A stretch of DNA of 64,000 nucleotides, taken from positions 3,698 to 67,697 of the forward strand of contig JAUVLU010000009.1 in assembly GCA_030600585.1 (NCBI GenBank). The letters run 5' to 3'. Below, piece by piece: positions 27,005-35,173 of this stretch. The DNA is from Candidatus Cloacimonadota bacterium (GTDB taxonomy: Bacteria; Cloacimonadota; Cloacimonadia; Cloacimonadales; TCS61). Each line of letters starts with the position of its first letter. The first letter of the stretch is position 1. The position numbers and the translations under genes are program-made. The notes beneath the pieces were generated by a model that was not told where the DNA came from, did no database searches, and saw nothing but the letters and a program-made list of their open reading frames with translations.

Positions 27005-27645
27005 TGGAACAATTTTTTACTACATTAGGTATCTGGCTTGGTGTTCTCTTTACATTTGCGATCTTTAGCTTCCTTTATAAAGATAATCATTTCTATAAAA
27101 TAGCTGAACAGATATTCGTAGGTCTTTCTGCAGGATATTGGTTTGTTTATACTATATTCTTTATTTTAATTCCTAACCTTTATGATCCATTAACACAGGA
27201 TTTTAATGCAAACTGGATCAAGCTGATTCCGGCAATTCTGGGAATAATGATGCTGATGCGTTTGATCCCGAAAATAGAATGGGTCAGCCGTTATCCAATA
27301 TCTGTGGTAATTGGAACAACATCCGGTGTATTTTTTCTTCGTTATCTTAAATCTGATGTATTGAACCAATTAACAGCCACGATGATAAATCCCTTTATAG
27401 GAGAAAGCTGGGTAATAATTATTGGTAACTTAATGCTAATTATTGGAACAATTTGCGGTGTGATCTATTTCTATTTCAGTAAAAAACATACCGGTGCATT
27501 AGGTGTATCTGCAAAAATTGGAATTTATTTCCTTATGATAAGTTTTGGTGCTGCTTTTGGTTATACTGCAATGGCTCGTATTTCCCTCCTGATAGGAAGA
27601 TTACAATTCCTCCTGGGAGATTGGCTGGGAATTATCCAACCTTAA
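27004..27645 (+). CDS. Unknown polytopic membrane protein P4
   Basis: 213 aa with about 6 TM helices. TAATG overlap with P3. C-terminal motif: GYTAMARISLLIGRLQFLLG. Confidence 0.6.
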   Translation: MEQFFTTLGIWLGVLFTFAIFSFLYKDNHFYKIAEQIFVGLSAGYWFVYTIFFILIPNLYDPLTQDFNANWIKLIPAILGIMMLMRLIPKIEWVSRYPISVVIGTTSGVFFLRYLKSDVLNQLTATMINPFIGESWVIIIGNLMLIIGTICGVIYFYFSKKHTGALGVSAKIGIYFLMISFGAAFGYTAMARISLLIGRLQFLLGDWLGIIQP

Positions 27646-27668
27646 TTATAAATATAAAGAGGATTATT

Positions 27669-29483
27669 TTGAAAAAATTACTTTTATTTCTATTATTAAT
27701 TTTAGTTTTTACTCAAGGATTCAGTACAACCGTATTAGACAAATTAAAATTAGAACTAAAATCAGCAAAAGGAGAGAAAGAGATATTGATCCTTAATGAA
27801 TTACAAAAATCATATTGGAAAATATATCCTCAAGCCAGCTTAGAATATGGTATAATATCTCTTAAGTTAGCTGCAGAAAATGAAGATAGGCTTCAGCAGG
27901 CACAACAATTACAAAATATCGCAATATCATATAAATATCTAGAAAATTATGATAAAGCGATTGAATATATGACCTTATCTTTAAAATCAGCGAGAGGGAT
28001 CAATAATATAGAGCTTCAAATAATTGCAATGTATAATCTTGCAACATATAATAATTTAATAAATAATAATGTCGTTGCTTTTGAACATGCAGTCAAAGCG
28101 TTAAACATGAGTAAAAGGTATAAAATTTATAACGGATTGGCAAAATGTCATTTCATAATAGCTGAAATCTATTATGATTTGGGAGATCTTAAGGGTGCTT
28201 ATGAAAATTATGAACACTCTTTAGATCAGCATTATAATTTCGATAATAAAACCTCTTTAGCTTTAACATGTGAAAAATTAGGAGAGATCGATCTTTATAA
28301 TGAGGATTATTATTTTGCTGAACTACATTACAAAACCGCATCTGAAAATTACAATGAAATTTACAATCTTGAAAGTCTTGTACGCACCTATGAAGCATTA
28401 GGTAAGATATATAAGAAAACCGGAGATAAAGAGAAAGCTTATGCATATACTCAGAAGTTTGCCGATACTAATGAAAAACTTGATCAGGAGATAAACAGCA
28501 ATAAATTTTTATACAGTTATGAATTTTATAATGTAATTGGTAATGAAGATAAAGCATTAGAATATTTTAAATTATATACTGAGTACCAGGACTCTTTAAA
28601 ATCAGTTGTAAATCAAGAACAGGTTAAAACTCTGATCAGCGATATTGAGATTAAACATGAAATTGAAAAAGCAAAAACAACTGAAAAGTTGGTAAAGGTC
28701 ACTAAAAAAGCCATAGAAAAACAGAAGTTGATCGAAGAACTTGAAATAGAAGAACAAATTACGAAATTAGAAAGCAAACATAAAAATAGGCAGATTGAAA
28801 AACTACAGTATGAACGAAAGATCAATGATCTGGAAATTTCCAAACAAAAAGGACAACGAAATATATATATCTTTTTTATAGTTGTAATTATATTTGTAGC
28901 AGCTTTATTACTAATTATTGCTATTATATTTATGGGTAAATATAGAATGAAGAAGAAGCACTCCATAGAAATGGAAAAGATAGCAAAAACAGATCCGTTA
29001 ACTCAATTGCCAAATAGACGCGCTGTATTAGAACAGATTAATTATGAAGTAGTAAGATTTAGAAGAAGTGCAGAACCATTCACAATTATAATTAGTGATA
29101 TCGATGATTTCAAATATATTAACGATACATATGGTCATGATGCCGGGGATAAAGTTCTTATTACACTCTCAAATCTAATAAAGGATACAATACGCAAACA
29201 AGATATCTGCGCTCGTTGGGGAGGTGAAGAATTCTTATTTCTACTTCCTGAGACAGATAATAAGGGCAGCAAAATAATTTCAGAGAAGATCAGGAAAAGA
29301 ATTGAAAAAGAAAAAATCGATTATAAAGATTCTACCTTATCCATAACAATGACTTTTGGGATATGCACGTTTTCTGAGGAATTAACTGCAGATGAATGCA
29401 TTACACAAGCAGATAAGGCATTATATGAAGGGAAAAAATCAGGGAAAAATCGTATCGTTCTGTATAATAAAAAATTACATTAA
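27669..29483 (+). CDS. TPR-repeat, membrane-anchored diguanylate cyclase (GGDEF)
   Basis: I prefer the TTG at 27669 (AAGAGG 7 nt upstream), which gives the signal-like N-terminus MKKLLLFLLLILVFTQGFS. The track start at 27621 overlaps P4. The protein has TPR-like repeats, a coiled coil, a TM helix (IYIFFIVVIIFVAALLLIIAIIF), then GGDEF motifs (DPLTQLPNRR, DIDDFKYINDTYGHDAGD, RWGGEEF). Confidence 0.8.
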   Translation: MKKLLLFLLLILVFTQGFSTTVLDKLKLELKSAKGEKEILILNELQKSYWKIYPQASLEYGIISLKLAAENEDRLQQAQQLQNIAISYKYLENYDKAIEYMTLSLKSARGINNIELQIIAMYNLATYNNLINNNVVAFEHAVKALNMSKRYKIYNGLAKCHFIIAEIYYDLGDLKGAYENYEHSLDQHYNFDNKTSLALTCEKLGEIDLYNEDYYFAELHYKTASENYNEIYNLESLVRTYEALGKIYKKTGDKEKAYAYTQKFADTNEKLDQEINSNKFLYSYEFYNVIGNEDKALEYFKLYTEYQDSLKSVVNQEQVKTLISDIEIKHEIEKAKTTEKLVKVTKKAIEKQKLIEELEIEEQITKLESKHKNRQIEKLQYERKINDLEISKQKGQRNIYIFFIVVIIFVAALLLIIAIIFMGKYRMKKKHSIEMEKIAKTDPLTQLPNRRAVLEQINYEVVRFRRSAEPFTIIISDIDDFKYINDTYGHDAGDKVLITLSNLIKDTIRKQDICARWGGEEFLFLLPETDNKGSKIISEKIRKRIEKEKIDYKDSTLSITMTFGICTFSEELTADECITQADKALYEGKKSGKNRIVLYNKKLH

Positions 29484-29506
29484 TTAAAGGAGTAACAAAA
29501 TATAGT

Positions 29507-30256
29507 ATGAAAGTTTTTAGTGTTGCAGGTTATCATCATACCGGGAAAACTACAGTATCTGTAGAATTGATAAAAGAGTTAAAAAAACGAGGATTTAAAG
29601 TAACCTCTATCAAAGATATCCATAATGAGAATTTCACAATGGAAAAGAAAGGAAGCAATAGTTGGAAGCATGCTCAAGCCAGCGGTGAGACAGTGATTGC
29701 CAGAGGAATTGCAGAAACATATCAAATTTGGAACCGGCAGCTTTCTTTGAATGAAATGCTTTCTCATCTCAAGAGTGATTATGTAATTGTAGAAGGAATG
29801 AAAAGCGTAGCTCTCCCCCGCATCATTTGCGCAAAAGATGAAGAGCAATTAGAAGAACTTGTAGATGGAACTGTATTCGCAATCTCCGGGAAATACGCAG
29901 ATGAGCATGATAAATATGGGAATCTAAAAGTATTCAGTTCCAAAGATAAGATAAAAGAACTGACAGATCTTGTTATTGAAAAAGTATTTCCTGTGCTTCC
30001 ACTTCCTAAACTTGAATGTTGTGGTGAATGCGGAATGAATTGTAGAGAAATGGTTTCCGGAATTCTATCCGGACGCAACACACGTGATGATTGCAAAACT
30101 GATCGTAATCTCGACATCCAAATTGAAATTGCCGGAAAGGACATAAACATTGTACCTTATGTTCAAAATACTTTGAAAGATATCATAAAAGCTTATGTGA
30201 AAAATTTGAAAGGCTATCATGAAGGTGATAGCATAGATATAAAAATTAAAGAGTGA
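29507..30256 (+). CDS. mobB: MobB-like P-loop protein with a C-terminal Cys-rich extension
   Basis: 249 aa. The N-terminus VFSVAGYHHTGKTTVSVELIKELKKRGFKV is the MobB P-loop pattern. The extra ~90 aa contain LECCGECGMNCREM and DDCKTD. Confidence 0.6.
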   Translation: MKVFSVAGYHHTGKTTVSVELIKELKKRGFKVTSIKDIHNENFTMEKKGSNSWKHAQASGETVIARGIAETYQIWNRQLSLNEMLSHLKSDYVIVEGMKSVALPRIICAKDEEQLEELVDGTVFAISGKYADEHDKYGNLKVFSSKDKIKELTDLVIEKVFPVLPLPKLECCGECGMNCREMVSGILSGRNTRDDCKTDRNLDIQIEIAGKDINIVPYVQNTLKDIIKAYVKNLKGYHEGDSIDIKIKE

Positions 30257-30858
30257 TCATGAAGACGGAAATTATTATCAATAAAGAGAAAAATCAAGTT
30301 ATTAAAATATGTAATTCTCCAAAAATGTTTAAAAAAGAACTTTATATCTACAAGAAAAAATTGCCGTACACACCAAGGCTAATTGACAACGATGGTAAGA
30401 ATACCTTAATTTTAGAATACATCGATGGTATTTCAATAATAGATCTTGTACAGCCGGATTTTGCAAAGATCACAGAATTGATAATCAATCTTCATTCGCT
30501 TGAATCTAAAGGTGATAAATGTATTTGTCATTATGATAATAATCCCAAAAATTATCTATATTCAAACGGTAAATATTATATGATCGATTTTAGTGAATGG
30601 GTATATGATTATCCGGAAACCGATCTGATACATTTTCTTTTATTCTGGGCATCTCTTTACGATTCTGATAAATTTAAAATTGTTTTTGATCAAGTTATAA
30701 ATACTTACAAAGCTAAAAGAATGATAAATCCTCTTGAATGGGAATTGATGATACCTGAAATAATCTCACGGTTTGATTCCCGTAGAAAAAAATACGGAAA
30801 AAAACAGGCTCACCCTGATATTTTAAAAAATAGAGAGATCTTAAAAAATATTATTTAA
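30253..30858 (+). CDS. Small APH/choline-kinase-like phosphotransferase
   Basis: 201 aa (GTG 30253, or ATG 30259). Catalytic-loop-like CHYDNNPKNYLY and YYMIDFSEW, followed by ETDLIHFL. Overlaps the mobB stop. Confidence 0.5.
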   Translation: MIMKTEIIINKEKNQVIKICNSPKMFKKELYIYKKKLPYTPRLIDNDGKNTLILEYIDGISIIDLVQPDFAKITELIINLHSLESKGDKCICHYDNNPKNYLYSNGKYYMIDFSEWVYDYPETDLIHFLLFWASLYDSDKFKIVFDQVINTYKAKRMINPLEWELMIPEIISRFDSRRKKYGKKQAHPDILKNREILKNII

Positions 30859-30862
30859 ATTA

Positions 30863-31417
30863 TTATGATCCAAAAAATACAAAAGTGGTAGTTTCACCAG
30901 TATTCAATTCTATTAAATCTTCCGGATGTTCATTTCCAAAAGTATCGGTTACCATTATAAAATCATAATCCGGTATAACAGAAAATGTTGGACTTAAAGT
31001 TTCTGTGTAAATGATTTCATCAATTATATTCTCACTCCAATCATCTTCACCTTCTTTTCTTAATTGAACCTTACTAATTGGGAAAAGAGATACATTGCTT
31101 ATTTGCAATCCGGCAAGGTCAAACTCTACATGATATGTTTTATCCTTGTTAGGTTTCATTTCTATTGTAAAATCTTTATGTTCCAAATATGTCTGACCTT
31201 CAATAATTACAGGTACATCTATGGTTTCACCATAAAAGATAAATGAATTCAAATAAAATGTTTCAACAGCAGTAGAATCATTTTGTAGATGTTGATAGAT
31301 AGTACCATTAAGAATTACAGTGATCGTATGACCTGTATCATTATAAACAATCAAATCAGATTGTTTTGCACATGCTCCTAAAATAATTAGTGTAAATAAT
31401 AACATTATTATTTTCAT
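30863..31417 (-). CDS. Lipoprotein of unknown function
   Basis: ATG at 31417 with GGAGGA 6 nt upstream; the track's TTG at 31432 lies within that SD. Lipobox LIILGAC-AKQ. 184 aa. Confidence 0.55.
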   Translation of the reverse strand: MKIIMLLFTLIILGACAKQSDLIVYNDTGHTITVILNGTIYQHLQNDSTAVETFYLNSFIFYGETIDVPVIIEGQTYLEHKDFTIEMKPNKDKTYHVEFDLAGLQISNVSLFPISKVQLRKEGEDDWSENIIDEIIYTETLSPTFSVIPDYDFIMVTDTFGNEHPEDLIELNTGETTTFVFFGS

Positions 31418-31703
31418 TATTATCCTCCTCAATTAATTATTAAATCTAAGAGAGATGGGATAATAAATATGTAAAGAAAAAAGTTACACGCATCCCCCGA
31501 AAATTTTAGAAACAAAAAAAATCAACATATTGAAATAAATGAAAATATTGTTGAAATATCTAAAATAAATATTTTTCTAAGAAGCCCACAAATTTATTCG
31601 TTGGAACCAAAAAACACAGAAAAAGATAACGGTTTCGACGGTTTATAAAATATGATAGAAACCATTGAAATGGTTAATATGAACGGTATTGGGTTTCTCT
31701 CCG

Positions 31704-31726
31704 CACGAATAAATTCGTGGGTTTTT
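31704..31726 (+). terminator. Terminator-like hairpin with no upstream ORF (possible sRNA 3' end)
   Basis: cacgaa-taaa-ttcgtg is followed by GGTTTTT. It is the inverted partner of cccacaaatttattcgttgg at 31585-31604. Confidence 0.3.
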
Positions 31727-31887
31727 AATTTTTTATTTTATTATTTTTAAAAAGAAAACCAACGAATGTATATTTTTTCTGAGATGCGTGGAAAAAGTTA
31801 TTCTTGACATAACAATAATTGCAAAAAAAATTAAATTGTTTTTGATATTTATGTTAAATTACATAACTCAATTATGGAGAAGAGATA

Positions 31888-32193
31888 ATGAAAATCTTTG
31901 TTGGAAATATGACCCGCGATATAGGAAAAGAAAACTTAAGAATTCTATTTTCAGATTATGGAGAAGTAAAAACAGTTACTGTTCTCATCGATAGGATAAA
32001 TGGTATGTGGAAAGCATTTGCATTTGTTGATATGCCGAATGAAAATGAGGCATGGGATGCAATTTCAGCTCTCGATAATAAAGAACATTTCGGTCATGTA
32101 CTGAATGTGCATCATGCACGTTTTCGACATAATGATAGAAGAAATACTATTAGACAGGGAGGAAGACGTAAAACAGATCTTCCTGAAATATAA
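31888..32193 (+). CDS. RRM-type RNA-binding protein with an Arg-rich tail
   Basis: 101 aa. RNP-2 KIFVGNM, RNP-1 KAFAFVDM. Tail: RFRHNDRRNTIRQGGRRK. Confidence 0.85.
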   Translation: MKIFVGNMTRDIGKENLRILFSDYGEVKTVTVLIDRINGMWKAFAFVDMPNENEAWDAISALDNKEHFGHVLNVHHARFRHNDRRNTIRQGGRRKTDLPEI

Positions 32194-32224
32194 ACAAATT
32201 GTAATATAAATTGAGAGAGGAATA

Positions 32225-32539
32225 ATGCAAATATTTATTGGAAATTTTGATGAGAATATATCTCAAAATCATTTACGTGAAAGGCTGGAAGAATTTGGTA
32301 AGGTTGAATCGATCAGAATTGAAAACAAAATGGCATTTGCAGAAATGCCATTTGAAAATGAAGCAAAATCTGCTATATTGAACCTTGATAAATCCGAATT
32401 GGATGGAATAATTTTAAGTGTTCGTGAAGCAAGACATGGCATAATTAATAGAAGGAGAAAAGATCGTTTTGGTGGTCGCCGTTCTCAAGACCTAAAAAAG
32501 TACAATAGGATATTCACCCAAAAAGATATTTTCTTTTAA
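32225..32539 (+). CDS. RRM-type RNA-binding protein (paralogue) with an Arg-rich tail
   Basis: 104 aa. RNP-2 QIFIGNF, RNP-1-like KMAFAEM. Tail: INRRRKDRFGGRRSQD. Confidence 0.8.
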   Translation: MQIFIGNFDENISQNHLRERLEEFGKVESIRIENKMAFAEMPFENEAKSAILNLDKSELDGIILSVREARHGIINRRRKDRFGGRRSQDLKKYNRIFTQKDIFF

Positions 32540-32563
32540 ATAAAAAATAATTTAACTAAAATA

Positions 32564-32587
32564 AAAGACACCAAATGGTGCCTTTTA
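32564..32587. terminator. Bidirectional hairpin between convergent genes
   Basis: AAAGACACC-AAAT-GGTGCCTTTT lies between the RRM gene (+) and iorB (-). There is one mismatch in the stem. Confidence 0.5.
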
Positions 32588-32598
32588 TTAGTATTCTT

Positions 32599-33180
32599 TT
32601 ACTTGTTTTGTTCAGCTATTTTTCTTCCTGCTTTCATAGCATTCAAGTTTGCTTCCACAACCTTTTCACCCTTTCTTCCGAAAATAAATTTAATTCCGTC
32701 TTCCAGTTTTTCATAAGGTATATCCAAAAAATTTGATGCTGCACCCAATACGACCATGTTCATAGATCTCGCAGTACCCATATCTTTTGCTATTTTATCT
32801 GCATCCAAAATAACTTTATTCTTAAAATTATTCATCTCGTTTTTTACATTTTCCATTTTGGGGTAATTAGAAATATTTATAACCGGATTACTATTGGTAA
32901 TGAACCAGCCTCCGGTAGCTAAATAAGGTTTGTATCTTAATGCTTCCATAGGTTCAACAGAAATAATAATATCCGCACCGCCATGTGGTATAAGATCTGA
33001 ATGGATAGGTTTATCTGAAATTCTCAGGTGTGATTGAACATCTCCACCTCTTTGACTCATTCCATGAACTTCTGCCTGCTTCAAATTCAAACCGGATTCG
33101 ATTGCTGCATAACCTATTATAGTGGCAATAGAAAGTATTCCCTGACCACCAACTCCTGCTAATATTATATCTTTTTTCAT
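32599..33180 (-). CDS. iorB: Indolepyruvate:ferredoxin oxidoreductase, beta subunit
   Basis: 193 aa from ATG 33180, with AGGAGAA upstream. Contains ILAGVGGQGILSIATIIGYAA, HGMSQRGGDVQSHLRIS, MVVLGAA. Confidence 0.85.
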   Translation of the reverse strand: MKKDIILAGVGGQGILSIATIIGYAAIESGLNLKQAEVHGMSQRGGDVQSHLRISDKPIHSDLIPHGGADIIISVEPMEALRYKPYLATGGWFITNSNPVINISNYPKMENVKNEMNNFKNKVILDADKIAKDMGTARSMNMVVLGAASNFLDIPYEKLEDGIKFIFGRKGEKVVEANLNAMKAGRKIAEQNK

Positions 33181-33202
33181 CTTTTCTCCTTTTTTCTTTA
33201 TC

Positions 33203-33433
33203 AACGAACAAAACTAACAGAATCTAAAAACTTTAAATTCTTTCTTTAACAATGAACATTTCTAAACACTTATTTTTGTTCATTTTGTTTGTTGTAAAAT
33301 ATTTTTTTTCATAAAATTCTTCTTTGAATATTAATTCCATTGTTTTCAATCCTTTTCAATTTGACAGAAAATAAAATAAACAATATAAACAGAAACATTA
33401 AATTTTTTTCCGTTGTTCGTTTTGTTCGCTGTT
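33203..33433. repeat. MITE-like insert between iorA and iorB, bounded by imperfect inverted repeats
   Basis: The left end aacgaacaaaactaacag (33203-33220) is compared with the reverse complement of the right end gttgttcgttttgttcgctgtt (33412-33433), which is aacagcgaacaaaacgaacaac. They share the core cgaacaaaac plus aaca. A related gttcgttcttgttcgtttcagttcgtt lies at 6128-6155. Confidence 0.5.
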
Positions 33434-35020
33434 TTATTTCTTCTTCTTCCCGTAAACGTGAATACATGGTCTTCTGGGAATTATCACTGATACACCATTA
33501 TGATCTATTTCTTCCTGGAATATCTTCACGTTCTCATCATGATTTTTAGATAAAGGATTAATAACTCTGATATGCTCTTTTTCTACACCAACTCCCATAC
33601 ATATTTGTTCGATCCTGCCAGTAACTTGAGAATCCTGCATTCCGGTCATAGCTGTTGTATCATTATCCATGATCACTACTACAATATTTGCTTTACATTC
33701 TACTGCATCAAGCAATCCGGTAATACCAGAATGCCCAAATGTAGAATCTCCAATAGTTGCGATAGACGGGAAAAATCCTGCATCAGCAGCACCGATTGCC
33801 ATTGTAATTGAGGCTCCCATATCTACGCACGTACTAATAGCATTGTAAGGTGGAAGATAACCGAGTGTATAACACCCGATGTCAGAAAAAACATGCCCAT
33901 TACCATATTGCTTTGTTACGGCATTAAGTACTTTATATGTATCAATGTGAGGGCATCCCATACAGAGTGCCGGAGGTCTTCCAGTTACAACTTCCGGTAT
34001 CTCTTCACTTGGAAGTTCAGGTAATCCTAAGGCTTTTCTAACTATCTGAGGATTGAGTTCCCCGGCTCTTGGTAAGGTTCCATCAAGACGGCCAATAACT
34101 TTGATGCCGTTTCCAAGATACCCTTTTAGCATTTCTTCAACAAGCGGCATTCCTTCTTCAAGTACCATTATTTTATCACATTCAGATGTGATCTTCTCAA
34201 TTTGCTTTCTTGGCAGCGGATATTGACTGATCTTCAAAATAGGATAATCACTTTCAAGATCTTTGTAGTTTTCCATCAAATAATTATAAGCAAGTCCACA
34301 TACAATAATTCCGAGTGACTTATCTTCCCCATCCTGATAAATATTAAATGGAGAATTTTCTGATTCTTTTGTAAGTTCGTCCTGGATAGAAAGAAGATGC
34401 TGATACTTCTTTCTGGCAAATGCCGGCAAGAGCATAAACTGATCCTTATTCTCGGGTAGATGCATTTCATTTTCTTTTAAAATATCTTTTCTGATAATTC
34501 CAGCACGAGAATGCGCAAGACGGGTTGTTAATCTCATCATTACAGGAAGATGATACTTTTCTGAAATCTCGTATGCATTGAAACACATATCATAAGCTTC
34601 CTGTTGGTCAGATGGTTCAAAAGCAGGCAGTAAAGCAAACTTTGAAAAATAACGTGAGTCTTGCTCATTTTGAGATGAATGCATTGAAGGATCGTCTGCA
34701 ACTGCAACGATAATACCGCCATTTGCACCTGTAAGTGCAGAATTCATATAGGCATCTGCTGCCACATTGAGTCCCACATGCTTCATTGTTATAATTGTTC
34801 TCTTACCTGCGTACGACATTCCAAGTGCTGTTTCCATTGCTGTTTTTTCGTTTGCAGACCAGGTTCTGTGAACATCTCTTTCTTTTGCATCCGGGTTTCG
34901 TTGAATATATTCAATTATTTCCGTAGAAGGAGTTCCCGGATAGCCATATGCGCCTGATAATCCTGCATCCAAAACACCCTGCCCGATAGCTTCATCACCC
35001 AAAAGTAGTAACTTCTTCAT
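33434..35020 (-). CDS. iorA: Indolepyruvate:ferredoxin oxidoreductase, alpha subunit (TPP-binding)
   Basis: 528 aa. Contains LLLGDEAIGQGVLDAGL, GYPGTPSTEI, CMGCPH, and the TPP motif GDSTFGHSGITGL...NDTTAMTG. Confidence 0.85.
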   Translation of the reverse strand: MKKLLLLGDEAIGQGVLDAGLSGAYGYPGTPSTEIIEYIQRNPDAKERDVHRTWSANEKTAMETALGMSYAGKRTIITMKHVGLNVAADAYMNSALTGANGGIIVAVADDPSMHSSQNEQDSRYFSKFALLPAFEPSDQQEAYDMCFNAYEISEKYHLPVMMRLTTRLAHSRAGIIRKDILKENEMHLPENKDQFMLLPAFARKKYQHLLSIQDELTKESENSPFNIYQDGEDKSLGIIVCGLAYNYLMENYKDLESDYPILKISQYPLPRKQIEKITSECDKIMVLEEGMPLVEEMLKGYLGNGIKVIGRLDGTLPRAGELNPQIVRKALGLPELPSEEIPEVVTGRPPALCMGCPHIDTYKVLNAVTKQYGNGHVFSDIGCYTLGYLPPYNAISTCVDMGASITMAIGAADAGFFPSIATIGDSTFGHSGITGLLDAVECKANIVVVIMDNDTTAMTGMQDSQVTGRIEQICMGVGVEKEHIRVINPLSKNHDENVKIFQEEIDHNGVSVIIPRRPCIHVYGKKKK

Positions 35021-35173
35021 AATTAGCTCCTTATCTATTAATTAATATTATTTATAAGTCACAAAACAAATAGCGCAAATTCTTACAAGCTTTTTATTTG
35101 ACACTTTGAATTCCTAATTAAAACTTGAAAAAGTTAATATTAAAAGAAATATTTATCCTTAAAGGATGCTAAA

